In this document: positions 27,431 to 37,195 of the stretch, piece by piece
Numbering within the stretch: position 1 is the first letter of the stretch
Layout of the letters: the number at the start of each line of letters is the position of its first letter
From: an uncultured Methanosarcinales archaeon
GTDB taxonomy: Archaea; Nanobdellota; Nanobdellia; Woesearchaeales; 21-14-0-10-32-9
NCBI GenBank assembly: GCA_964548665.1
Contig: CAZJQL010000005.1
Span: 1-51,045, forward strand
Reading direction: 5' to 3'
Length of the DNA: 51,045 bases
Translations under genes and position numbers: made by a program
The notes under the pieces: model-generated
What the model was told of the DNA's origin: nothing
The model's database searches: none
Seen by the model: the letters and a program-made list of their open reading frames with translations, nothing else

Positions 27431-28301
27431 CTACGTTGTATTTTTGACCATAAAAACCTTGTAAAGGATGATTACGTGTATGCCCCGCATCTTCATGCAT
27501 TTTTAGCAAAGGCAGTCTTGTTTGTTCCGCTTTTTTAAATGCTTCATTCCACGTTATTTTTCCATCACAATCATAATCTGCTTCAGGATTAACTTTTGCA
27601 TCATGCAAATATCTTGAAAAGGAGTCTATTCTTGATATTATTGCTGGGCTTTTTTCTGTTGAACTTGTAAATACTTGCTGGTTTTCTTTAGCAACATTAG
27701 CAAATCCTCCGGAATAACAGGCATCAATTATATATGTTTCTGTTTTTGCATTTATCTTTTTAGATATATTTTCTAAATCAGTATTTCTTAATATTTCTTT
27801 ATTTTCTGGAAAAAGAATATATGATCCTAGTTCATTGTTTTCTCCGTGCCCCATGATTGTTAAGCAGAATTCATCCTCACTACTTATTATTTTTGATAGA
27901 GAGTCCGCAGTATGAAAAATATCTTTAATATTTGCAGGCTTTATTTGTCCAGAAATGTACTTATCTTGAATTAACTTCTCAATTTCTAATTTGTTGTAAT
28001 TTTCTGCTGTGTCAATTATTCCGTCAGCATAAAATATATGTATGTTTTCTGGCTTATATCCTTGCTTTAATTGGGAATTGTAAATAGATGCTGTGTTTAT
28101 TAAAAAAGCGTTTTTTAGACCTTGATCAAAGTCAGAGAGTATTTTTTTATGCTTATAAGATTCTGGCGAAATTATTATTGAATATTTTTCTTTGTCTTCA
28201 GTTTTCTCTGTTTCCTGAGCAAGATTTTGTGAAAGAGCTACATCTGGAAAGAGCAGTTGTTTTACGAGCATTCCTGAAAACAGGAGTTTTTTTATATTCA
28301 T
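27423..28301 (-). CDS. Secreted C13 (legumain)/caspase-fold cysteine peptidase
   Basis: Clan CD dyad motifs MGHG and IDACYSGGF; GYKPENI..F; EF-hand-like DYDCDGKITWNE; start moved to MNIKK by TATA spacing (track gives 28316). Confidence 0.8.
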   Translation of the reverse strand: MNIKKLLFSGMLVKQLLFPDVALSQNLAQETEKTEDKEKYSIIISPESYKHKKILSDFDQGLKNAFLINTASIYNSQLKQGYKPENIHIFYADGIIDTAENYNKLEIEKLIQDKYISGQIKPANIKDIFHTADSLSKIISSEDEFCLTIMGHGENNELGSYILFPENKEILRNTDLENISKKINAKTETYIIDACYSGGFANVAKENQQVFTSSTEKSPAIISRIDSFSRYLHDAKVNPEADYDCDGKITWNEAFKKAEQTRLPLLKMHEDAGHTRNHPLQGFYGQKYNVGE

Positions 28302-28398
28302 ACATTTAAGATGCATTTTATAATTTAAATACTTTTCTATTTTTTGTTACTTATTAGTGATTACTAAATAATTTCAAAGAACGAAGAATTCTAAATAC

Positions 28399-28566
28399 AT
28401 GCTCATAGTAAAATGCCCTAATTGCGGAAACACACAAAAAACAAATCCTGCGATAGAAAAACAAGGAGATTTAACTAAGAAAGTCAAACGATGCGTCTAC
28501 TGCGGAAAGTCATTTAAAATCCATTCAAATCTAAAAGAATCAAAAATAATAAAAATCAGTCTATAA
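28399..28566 (+). CDS. Small zinc-ribbon protein, 55 aa
   Basis: Not in the ORF track. MLIVKCPNCGNTQKTNPAIEKQGDLTKKVKRCVYCGKSFKIHSNLKESKIIKISL; two CxxCG knuckles. Confidence 0.8.
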   Translation: MLIVKCPNCGNTQKTNPAIEKQGDLTKKVKRCVYCGKSFKIHSNLKESKIIKISL

Positions 28567-31500
28567 AAGGATTTCCGCGCCAATATTTATTGTCTAAAGG
28601 CCCTTTACCCCAATATTTTTTAAAATAAGCTTCTCGTTCAGCATAATCTAAATATTTAGAACCTAGACTTTCAAAAGTGTAATATATAATTCCTTCAGTG
28701 TCTGGAATGGGAACTTCATACATTAAATTTGCACCATTTCTGTAAGCATCATCTGGAGAGACCCCTTTAGCACCATATTCTTTAATTAATGATTTCGCTT
28801 CTTTTACTAAAACATCAACATCTTCAAAATCAGCTGTATAAACAGTTATCACTTTACCGTATTGAGAATCGCCAGGAATAACCATTTTAGTTCCTGGAGA
28901 GACTTTATGAACAAGCCTCAAATCTCTAATTTTTTTAGTCATAGCCAAAACAACTAAATTATAACTATCAGAATCTGCAGTTATATGAATTTTATACTCT
29001 GCTTTCACACCATCTACAAAATACTCAGGAACAGATTTTACAGAACCCTTATAATATAACCAAAATTGTTTTGTGTCTCTAACATATTCCCATTTTCTAA
29101 CTATGTATTCAGAAGCAGAGCCTAAACCTGATTTTGATCTTAGAGTTTGTTCTGTTCTTAAATCTGGAAGATTTCCAGTTTTTCTTGCATTAGATAATTC
29201 TGTAAAAAAATCAGCATTAAATTTTTCTAGAGCATCCTTTTTAATATTGGCATCTATATCAACATAAAGTTTTTTTCGTATTATTTTTTCAAATAATGAT
29301 CTTAGAAAATTATTAGAGCCATAATCATTATATGCTGCTAATTCCGGGTTCCAAGCCAATATTGATTTGAGATTTACATCTACAACATGGCCATTATGAT
29401 AAACACTTATTTTTCCATCTTGTAAAGAATTTTTGAAAAAAACAATTCTTTGTTTGCCTGCCGCATCAATAATTTTTAATGATTGACCAAATCTTATCTT
29501 AACATCATTAGTTACTAATTCAGATTTTTGATTAAATTTAAACAAATAATCTTCTAACGCTTTTTTGTCAGAAATAACGTTTCCATCAAGATCCACCAGC
29601 ACTCTTTGTTTATTATTTTTTTGAACGATTATTTTTCTAGATAAACCTATTTCGTTCAGGTTTTCTTTTCCGACATAGCTCAAAGCAGATTCAAAATTTT
29701 TTCCTTTGGCAATAAATTTAGACACAGACCTAACAACCGCAACTTGATAGACCGTTCCTGTAGCAAAATCTGCCAAAATATTATCTTGATAATTTGTTCC
29801 TAAGTTCTTATCTATTAAGAACAAAGTAGACATCGCTCCTGCATCTATGGCAACATTAGATGCTAAATTCAAGGCGAAGCCAGACACAGTTGAAGCGCCA
29901 GAAGTAGAAACAGCAAATCCTAGATAAACAGGATTAAATAAATTATCTATCTGGTTTAATATGGCTTCAACATCATTAAATTGATACGGTTGTAATTTTT
30001 CTTTTAGCTGATTACGTTGAATCTGACTATAATCAGCTATATGGCTTAAATCATATGTTTCAGGATCGATGTAAATATTTTTTTTACCTATTAGTATTTC
30101 TAGCACAGCATTATATGAAGAAGAATAGTATGTTTTATATGCCTCGTCTCTGTTTTCTTCTAGGAAGTCAAGAATTATTTTTTGTTGTTGTGTAGAAACA
30201 AATATTAATTGGTCATTTACAACAACACCTTTACCATAATATCTTCCATCAGAAATTTCAGCATCTGAAAAACCAGAGATTATTTCTTCTTGAGATGGCA
30301 ATTCATAAAAATCATTGAAATACAAAACTTTGTTAATGATTTCTTCTTTTTGGGCATCAGACAGCTCACCGTTTATCCAAGCTTCTATTTCTTGATAGCT
30401 TAATCCTTGAGCAATCAGTGTTTGAATTGCAAATAAGCCTTTAAAATATGTTTGTTGTTCTTCTTTCAAAACAGATATTTCTTGTTTTGTTTCTTCAAAT
30501 AAATCTATAGCTTCCAATACACTCTTACCAAAACCTCCCGCAATTAGTGGCAAAGAATATTTAGCAAGTATTTTATCCATATCATCTTCCGGCAAATTAG
30601 ACAAGTCCGCAACGTTCTCAACATAACCTTTTCTTTGATTTAATAACAAGTCAAGATTGCCTCCGTAATCAAGAAGATCTAATTTTAGCAAATCAATCTC
30701 ATTATACACGAGAGCATTACGTTTATTTTTTAAGTTGAGCGTGGAATATGAAAAAGAAGAAATAATAGTTTCGTCCGTAGCATCTGCAGATAGAGTACTT
30801 AATTCGGACAAATAAGCATTTAGGGAATAGTCAATTAATGCCAACGCATACATATTTTTTTCTGTGTTTGAGAGATAAGACGCGAAAGATAGAATTAAAT
30901 CTTGTTTTTTTCTATTTATTGAGTCCGAAGAATCTGATTTCAAATTCAGGTAAACAACAGAGTTTTGTTCTTCGAAGTATATTTGCTCCAATATTAGCAA
31001 TCCTTGATATGCTTTAATCACTTCTTGATCTAAAACTCTTTCAGATTCAAATTCATATTTTAGTTCATCTTGTTTTATTTTAGATAACAATAAAATCTCT
31101 AACAAGTCTTTTTCATAATTCGCTTCATGTATGCTTATCTCAGTTTTCTTTCCGAGTCTGTTTAATATGTATTCTTTTTGATTAAGCCCGGAAGTTTGAA
31201 AATATTCTGTAAGAATGGAAGATTGTGAAATTAATGTCGAAAAGTATTCTTTTTGAGATAAACGAATTTCATAATCTATGGTTGTATCTTCATAAACAAG
31301 CAAAGATAGCAAGGATAGAAATGTTTCTTTGTGCAAAGGATCAGTATAGCTTGTTTCTATTAATAACTTGGTTTGATTTAATGCATTTTGATGTTTTGAT
31401 TCTTTTTTGAACACTTCTGAATAATAAGTGCTTATTAGGTAAATTTGAGTATCAACTTCTTTGGTGGAGGAATTTATTTCTGCTAACAAATTTTGTTTTA

Positions 31501-31618
31501 TATGTTGAATTGAATCTGAGTTTGGTTCTTGAACAACATTTCCTAGAAGCGAATTTTGTGGTACAAAAATTAAAATCAATAATAATGAAAACAATGCTGC
31601 TAAAACATATTTATACAT
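28556..31618 (-). CDS. Secreted multidomain toxin-like protein with C-terminal phosphothreonine-lyase-like domain, about 1020 aa
   Basis: Start moved to MYKYVLAALF (AGGTG RBS); long helical region; small-residue hydrophobic segment; YKIHIT...HKV...QYGKVITVY. Confidence 0.65.
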   Translation of the reverse strand: MYKYVLAALFSLLLILIFVPQNSLLGNVVQEPNSDSIQHIKQNLLAEINSSTKEVDTQIYLISTYYSEVFKKESKHQNALNQTKLLIETSYTDPLHKETFLSLLSLLVYEDTTIDYEIRLSQKEYFSTLISQSSILTEYFQTSGLNQKEYILNRLGKKTEISIHEANYEKDLLEILLLSKIKQDELKYEFESERVLDQEVIKAYQGLLILEQIYFEEQNSVVYLNLKSDSSDSINRKKQDLILSFASYLSNTEKNMYALALIDYSLNAYLSELSTLSADATDETIISSFSYSTLNLKNKRNALVYNEIDLLKLDLLDYGGNLDLLLNQRKGYVENVADLSNLPEDDMDKILAKYSLPLIAGGFGKSVLEAIDLFEETKQEISVLKEEQQTYFKGLFAIQTLIAQGLSYQEIEAWINGELSDAQKEEIINKVLYFNDFYELPSQEEIISGFSDAEISDGRYYGKGVVVNDQLIFVSTQQQKIILDFLEENRDEAYKTYYSSSYNAVLEILIGKKNIYIDPETYDLSHIADYSQIQRNQLKEKLQPYQFNDVEAILNQIDNLFNPVYLGFAVSTSGASTVSGFALNLASNVAIDAGAMSTLFLIDKNLGTNYQDNILADFATGTVYQVAVVRSVSKFIAKGKNFESALSYVGKENLNEIGLSRKIIVQKNNKQRVLVDLDGNVISDKKALEDYLFKFNQKSELVTNDVKIRFGQSLKIIDAAGKQRIVFFKNSLQDGKISVYHNGHVVDVNLKSILAWNPELAAYNDYGSNNFLRSLFEKIIRKKLYVDIDANIKKDALEKFNADFFTELSNARKTGNLPDLRTEQTLRSKSGLGSASEYIVRKWEYVRDTKQFWLYYKGSVKSVPEYFVDGVKAEYKIHITADSDSYNLVVLAMTKKIRDLRLVHKVSPGTKMVIPGDSQYGKVITVYTADFEDVDVLVKEAKSLIKEYGAKGVSPDDAYRNGANLMYEVPIPDTEGIIYYTFESLGSKYLDYAEREAYFKKYWGKGPLDNKYWRGNPFID

Positions 31619-31815
31619 GAAACACCTTTTTGAAATTCTGATAAGAAGTCTATTTAAAGATTTTGTTAGAATTTTAAAAAATAAATAAAATATTTTCCAT
31701 ATAGACAATAAATAATTCTTAACAACAAAAAACATCATTTATTAACTATATAGAAAATAAATAAGAATAAGCAAACTCTTATAAATAAACAATAACTGCT
31801 GAAGAATGATTTAAA

Positions 31816-32169
31816 TTGACAAAAATAATAACTATTTACCTTAGTGCTACAGGCAGTAAGAACCCATCAATATACACAAAATATCAAACATCTCCTACAG
31901 AAGAAATACATGGTTGTATAGGAACAACACACTACCAAGATTATACAAACTTATACGATCTTGCACTTGCAGGAAATAAATTAAGATTTGAATGGGACAA
32001 TAAAATAAACTTCAAAAATGCATATTTTACTAAGCAAGACATAGTTTCCTTAACAAAACACAATTTCCTAGATTTCATTAAATCGAAATATGGTTCTGAT
32101 TTTTCAGAGCGAGTAAAAAACATAGATGAAATAATAAACAAAATACATTCAATGGTGGAAGTATATTAA
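31816..32169 (+). CDS. Hypothetical protein, 117 aa
   Basis: TTG start; TATA-like TTATAAATA upstream; stop is 1 nt before the gyrA start. Confidence 0.55.
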   Translation: MTKIITIYLSATGSKNPSIYTKYQTSPTEEIHGCIGTTHYQDYTNLYDLALAGNKLRFEWDNKINFKNAYFTKQDIVSLTKHNFLDFIKSKYGSDFSERVKNIDEIINKIHSMVEVY

Positions 32170-32170
32170 A

Positions 32171-34732
32171 ATGGAAGAAAATGTGTCTGGCGAAAAAATA
32201 ATTCCTCAAGTAATCGAAGATGAAATGAAGTCAGCATATCTAGATTATTCTATGTCCGTAATAGTTGGAAGAGCACTCCCTGACATAAGAGATGGGCTTA
32301 AGCCAGTCCATAGAAGAATTCTGTACGCAATGAATGATCTCGGCATGAAATGGAATACTGCCTACAAAAAAAGCGCAAGAATTGTTGGAGAAGTTTTAGG
32401 TAAATACCATCCGCACGGAGATACTGCAGTATATGATTCTTTAGTAAGAATGGCCCAGGATTTTTCTATGCGTTATCCATTGATCCAAGGTCAAGGTAAT
32501 TTTGGATCTGTTGATGGAGACTCTGCTGCCGCTATGAGATATACAGAAGCACGTATGTCTAAAATTTCTGATGAATTACTTCAAGACATAGATAAAAACA
32601 CTGTAGACTTTATGGATAATTTTGATGGTACATTACAGGAACCCACAGTCCTTCCTTGTAAAGTACCGAACCTTTTGTTGAATGGTAGCACAGGCATAGC
32701 AGTAGGCATGGCTACAAATATTCCCCCTCATAATTTGAAAGAACTTTGTTTGGGAGTCATAAAATTAATTGAAGATTCTGATGTTACCCCAGTAGAACTT
32801 GCATCAATAATTCAAGGACCTGATTTTCCTACAGGTGGTTTAATTCAAGGAAGATCAGGCATAAGACAAGCATATCTTACAGGTAGAGGCAAAGTTCTTG
32901 TGAAAGCAAAAATGCACGAAGAAGACCACAATAAACAGAAAAGAATAATCATAACAGAAATACCTTTCATGGTTAATAAATCTGATCTTCTCATCCAAAT
33001 AGCTGAAAATGTGAAAGAAAAGAAAATAGAAGGCATATCTGATTTAAGAGATGAATCTGATAGAAAAGGGATGAGGATAGTTGTGGAGCTGAAAAGAGAT
33101 GCTTCTATTGATGTTGTAAAGAATCAACTTTATTCCTATACAAGACTACAGGAGACTTTTGGGATAATTATGCTGAGCCTAGTAAATAATCAGCCTAAAA
33201 TTTTGAACATCAAAGAGCTTCTAGTTGAGTTTCTTAATCACAGAAGAATCGTTGTTAGAAAAAGAACGGAATTTGATTTGAAAAAAGCAGAAGAAAGAGC
33301 TCACATACTAGAAGGTCTTCTTGTGGCTTTGAAAAATATTGATGAAGCAATTGCCTTAATTAAGAATGCTGATTCTGCAAATGATGCTAAAGAACGTCTT
33401 ATCACTAAATTCCATCTAAGCGAAGTTCAAAGTCAAGCAATATTGGATATGAAATTACAAAGAATTGCTAAATTGGAAACCAATAAAATAGTTTCAGAGC
33501 ACAGCGAACTTAAAGTATCTATTTCTAATTTTAAAAAGATCTTATCTGATGAAAAAGAGATTCTTGCAATTATAAAAAGCGAGCAAGCAGATTTGATCAA
33601 TAAATACGGGGACTCTAGAAAAACAGAGATTCTTGATCAGGAAATAGAAGGAACAGATTATGAAGATCTTATTCCTCAAGAAGATGTTGTTGTTACGATG
33701 AGCAACACAGGCTATATTAAAAGAATGCCTTTAGACACCTATAAAACTCAGAGACGTGGAGGTGTTGGAGTTATAGGCGCAGAAAGTAAAGAAGATGATT
33801 TCATAGAAAAAGTGTTTGTTGCTAATAGCCATTCTTATCTTCTTGTATTCACAGATGCTGGCGTTGTTCATTGGTTAAAAGTTTACAAAGTCCCGGAAGC
33901 AGGAAGATATTCTAAAGGAAAAGCCATTATTAATTTAATCGATGTTGCTCCTACAGAAAAAATTAGCACAATTATTGTTGTAAATGAATTTAGAGATGAT
34001 CAATATTTACTTACAGCAACTAAAAAAGGAATAATAAAAAAGACTTCTCTATCTGCTTATTCTAAACCAAGACGCGGTGGAATAATTGCTCTTACTCTTG
34101 ATGAAGGAGATTCCATGATAGGAGCCGCAGTTACAGATGGCAAGCAGCAAATTCTTCTCGCAACAAAACAAGGGCTTGCTTGTAAGTTTGAAGAAACTGA
34201 TGCTAGACCTATAGGAAGAACTTCAAGAGGAGTCACAGGAATAAGACTCAACGATAAAGATGAAGTTGTTGGAATGATTCTCGTTAATGATGATACCAAT
34301 GTTTTGACTCTGACAAGTAAAGGGTACGGAAAACAAACAAAAGCTTCAGAATATCGTTTGATTAATAGAGGAGGAAAAGGAGTTATAAATGTCAACCTCA
34401 CTGATAAGAATGGTTTTGTTGTTTCAATCAAAGCAGTATCTGGAGCTGAGGAATTGATGCTTGTAACTAAGCAAGGAATGATTGTCAGAACAGGAGTTAA
34501 TCAAATTTCTACTGTTGGAAGAAACACTCAAGGAGTGCGTGTAATAAAATTAAGAGAAGATGATGAATTAATTTCTGCTGCTAAAATAATTTCTGAGGAA
34601 GAAGCAGAAAAGGAAGTTGAAAAAGAAGCAGAGGAATTGAAAAAGCATCCTGTGATTATATCTAAACCAGAGGACGATGATGAAGAATCAGATAAGGATT
34701 TTGTTGAAGAACCTTACGTGGAAGAGGAGTGA
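32171..34732 (+). CDS. gyrA: DNA gyrase subunit A
   Basis: [21 protein letters not shown] active-site Tyr, GyrA-box QRRGGVG, beta-pinwheel repeats, acidic tail. Confidence 0.98.
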   Translation: MEENVSGEKIIPQVIEDEMKSAYLDYSMSVIVGRALPDIRDGLKPVHRRILYAMNDLGMKWNTAYKKSARIVGEVLGKYHPHGDTAVYDSLVRMAQDFSMRYPLIQGQGNFGSVDGDSAAAMRYTEARMSKISDELLQDIDKNTVDFMDNFDGTLQEPTVLPCKVPNLLLNGSTGIAVGMATNIPPHNLKELCLGVIKLIEDSDVTPVELASIIQGPDFPTGGLIQGRSGIRQAYLTGRGKVLVKAKMHEEDHNKQKRIIITEIPFMVNKSDLLIQIAENVKEKKIEGISDLRDESDRKGMRIVVELKRDASIDVVKNQLYSYTRLQETFGIIMLSLVNNQPKILNIKELLVEFLNHRRIVVRKRTEFDLKKAEERAHILEGLLVALKNIDEAIALIKNADSANDAKERLITKFHLSEVQSQAILDMKLQRIAKLETNKIVSEHSELKVSISNFKKILSDEKEILAIIKSEQADLINKYGDSRKTEILDQEIEGTDYEDLIPQEDVVVTMSNTGYIKRMPLDTYKTQRRGGVGVIGAESKEDDFIEKVFVANSHSYLLVFTDAGVVHWLKVYKVPEAGRYSKGKAIINLIDVAPTEKISTIIVVNEFRDDQYLLTATKKGIIKKTSLSAYSKPRRGGIIALTLDEGDSMIGAAVTDGKQQILLATKQGLACKFEETDARPIGRTSRGVTGIRLNDKDEVVGMILVNDDTNVLTLTSKGYGKQTKASEYRLINRGGKGVINVNLTDKNGFVVSIKAVSGAEELMLVTKQGMIVRTGVNQISTVGRNTQGVRVIKLREDDELISAAKIISEEEAEKEVEKEAEELKKHPVIISKPEDDDEESDKDFVEEPYVEEE

Positions 34733-34998
34733 AGATGGATGAAGAAAAAACTCACAAAATAGAGCACGATCGTCCTAATTGTATTGGTTGTGGTGCTTGT
34801 GTTGCTGTTGCTCCTGATTTTTGGGAGATGGATGATGATGGTAAAGCAAACATTCTTAAAAGTAAAAAAAGACCTGATGAGTGGCAAGAACGAGAAATTT
34901 CTGATTCGGAATTTAAAGAAAATATGGAAGCTGCAGAATCTTGTCCTGTCAATGTAATCCACCTAAAAAGACTCAAAGACAATCAAAAGTTAATCTAA
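34729..34998 (+). CDS. Monocluster ferredoxin
   Basis: [12 protein letters not shown]...[10 protein letters not shown]; GTGA overlap with gyrA (alternative ATG at 34735). Confidence 0.92.
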   Translation: MKMDEEKTHKIEHDRPNCIGCGACVAVAPDFWEMDDDGKANILKSKKRPDEWQEREISDSEFKENMEAAESCPVNVIHLKRLKDNQKLI

Positions 34999-35721
34999 TC
35001 TCAAATATTTTTCCAGCACATTATGTCTCTTTTTAAGCTGATCCATAGTATAAATTTTTTTATGAGGCAGATCCATAGCATCTTTGATAAAATAAAAGGA
35101 ATCAGCGCAAGTAACTAAAGAAACTGGTTTTTCTGATTCTTTTATTGATTGTTGAACCATTGGAAACCAATCTTCATAATCAATCATATTAATTATGTTT
35201 TCTGCAAATGTGCTGGTGGCAAAATAAAATTCTTTTAAATCAGACATAGTTGCTTTTTCAATAAAATCTAAGTTGTTTTTTATTCTGTCCATAGTTCTAT
35301 AAGGATTTATCGAGTGATTAACATCATATAGTTGTTCTAATCTTGCTTGGACGTCATCCAAATCTAATTTAGAATTTATTTTATGTTCTAAAACCAGCGC
35401 CAGAGAAGTTATTTTCTCCAATACCTCTTGAGTCAAACCATATTTTTCTTTTGTTTTTTCAGATGGAAAGAATTTTTCTAACCTTAAATTTATGAATTTT
35501 GTTTTCTTATCCGACAAGTAAGCCTGAGCTATAGAATGCACAGACACCGGATTAATCATGTAAAACTCTTGTAAAAAAGAAGAATTTCCTTCAATAATCA
35601 AACTATTAATATCATCTAATTTTTTGAGTAAAATGTTTTGATCTTTCAAGGATAATTGTTCGACAATAGTCTCATTAGATAACAATAAAAAATCTTCATA
35701 TTCTTTAATCAACAAACTCAT
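34990..35721 (-). CDS. Hypothetical protein, 243 aa
   Basis: Long ORF with a TATA-like element upstream; no recognised motif. Confidence 0.6.
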   Translation of the reverse strand: MSLLIKEYEDFLLLSNETIVEQLSLKDQNILLKKLDDINSLIIEGNSSFLQEFYMINPVSVHSIAQAYLSDKKTKFINLRLEKFFPSEKTKEKYGLTQEVLEKITSLALVLEHKINSKLDLDDVQARLEQLYDVNHSINPYRTMDRIKNNLDFIEKATMSDLKEFYFATSTFAENIINMIDYEDWFPMVQQSIKESEKPVSLVTCADSFYFIKDAMDLPHKKIYTMDQLKKRHNVLEKYLRLD

Positions 35722-35824
35722 TTTATAGTAGCAACAAATGTTTTTTTAAATAATTTATGAAAAAATGTGTAACACATTTAAAGATATAGAACATAACACA
35801 AAATAAATATAAAAAGCCTGAAAT

Positions 35825-37102
35825 TCAATATTGAATCACGCATCTAAAACCAGTAGAAGGATTACCTGGCAACGGATTGTTAAAACCCCCTCTGAAGATG
35901 CCTGCAGTAACAAAAGAATCCCAATCACCACCACGAATCATCTTATTCAATTCAATTAAATTTGGTGAAGTAATAGATCCGACCCCTTGATTTTCATCAT
36001 AATTGCCTATAGGCCCCATCTCAAAACGCTTATCTTCTGCACCTATTTTTGCAAACCCATTATGCCAAATGCAGACAGGATAATACTGACTGCTTGAATT
36101 AAAGCTATAAAAACCTAAATAACTAGGATTAGAACAAATGCTATTCATATATACTTCTGAATCATCTTCCATCAAATCAACCCACTCGTGCACATTACCT
36201 GCCAAATCCCAAACCTCAACTCCATCTACTTTAAAAATCCTATAATTAATACCGCTCAAAGAATTCATCCCATCCATTGCAGCACTACTCTCACTATTCC
36301 CTCTAGACATCCAACCACTGCCCACAGAACCAGTATTCCAATTTTGAGGATTATTTTCAATACTGCGTGCTATAGTCATCCATTCTCTGTTTGTTATCAA
36401 ATGATAGCCTGCAGATGCACAAGCATTTTTTGCAGCTGTGAAAGATATGCTAACCCAAGGAGTGCCTGAAGCTGCACTAACAGGAACTCCTGAACCGTTG
36501 TTCTTTGCTTCCCATTTCATAACACAAAAATCACTTGTGCCAAAATAAGAACTACCGCTAATCGAAACAAATCCATCTGGGCAAGAACCACCAATTTCAC
36601 CTGACTCGTTATCATTTCCATTAGAGCTACTCACCGAACCAGGAATGACTACCGCAATAACTTGAGATTCGACACGTTTAGCAAATGCTGGTCCACTTTC
36701 TGGCTTATAGTAGTTGAAGCTGATATCGAGTTTAGTTTTTTCACCATCAATTAAATTCGCCTTATTACACACCAAAGTAAATTCTTGATCAGGACCTACA
36801 AGACCAGGGCTACTGGTACACGAAGCATTACCACTATTAGTTTCTACACTAGCATCGCTTATTTGTATGCTATATCCTAGTTTGTTAGAAAACTTTATGC
36901 TTTGTCCATCAGTCAAAACCTGCGAATCCTTACACTCAAAACCCAAAGAACCAATACAACTGTTTTCTGCAAAAATACCAGGATTCAAAACGCCAAAATG
37001 AGTCAACGCACCAATCATAACAAGAACAACAATAAAAGCCCAGCCATACGTAGTCAAAAACTCCAATGCGCCTTGAGCTCTACGAAAAACCACATCAAAC
37101 AC
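35825..37102 (-). CDS. Archaeal pilin fused to an FGE-sulfatase (SUMF1/CLec-fold) domain, about 425 aa
   Basis: RRA/QGALEFLTTYGWA pilin N-terminus; FCVMKWEAK, HLITNREW, WDLAGNVHEWV, RGG.W...GFRC; start may be GTG at 37093. Confidence 0.85.
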   Translation of the reverse strand: MFDVVFRRAQGALEFLTTYGWAFIVVLVMIGALTHFGVLNPGIFAENSCIGSLGFECKDSQVLTDGQSIKFSNKLGYSIQISDASVETNSGNASCTSSPGLVGPDQEFTLVCNKANLIDGEKTKLDISFNYYKPESGPAFAKRVESQVIAVVIPGSVSSSNGNDNESGEIGGSCPDGFVSISGSSYFGTSDFCVMKWEAKNNGSGVPVSAASGTPWVSISFTAAKNACASAGYHLITNREWMTIARSIENNPQNWNTGSVGSGWMSRGNSESSAAMDGMNSLSGINYRIFKVDGVEVWDLAGNVHEWVDLMEDDSEVYMNSICSNPSYLGFYSFNSSSQYYPVCIWHNGFAKIGAEDKRFEMGPIGNYDENQGVGSITSPNLIELNKMIRGGDWDSFVTAGIFRGGFNNPLPGNPSTGFRCVIQY

Positions 37103-37165
37103 ATTAAAAACACAAATATATAAATCTATTTATTGATAATTTTTTAATAAAAAATGTCAAAAACA

Positions 37166-37173
37166 TTTATAAA
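37166..37173 (+). promoter_or_regulatory. TATA box of the ArsR-SUF operon
   Basis: TTTATAAA ending 22 nt before ATG 37196. Confidence 0.65.
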
Positions 37174-37179
37174 CAATAC

Positions 37180-37195
37180 ATGAATTCTTTTTCAT
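37180..37195. promoter_or_regulatory. Putative ArsR/SmtB operator ATGAA-N6-TTCAT
   Basis: Perfect 5-bp inverted repeat between the TATA box and the start codon; matches the TGAA-N6-TTCA core of SmtB/CzrA operators. Confidence 0.65.

Noticed and set aside
28556-29080. Lanthipeptide (class III/IV) biosynthetic cluster
   Set aside because: Only the lyase-like domain is present, at the C-terminus of an exported protein; no kinase, cyclase, precursor peptide or transporter
31619-31738. 40-aa N-terminal extension of the 1060-aa ORF
   Set aside because: Spans AT-rich promoter-like DNA; the RBS and signal peptide support ATG 31618
35722-35945. Complete DGR cassette
   Set aside because: No reverse transcriptase, Avd or AAC-rich template repeat seen in the window; only a target-like gene
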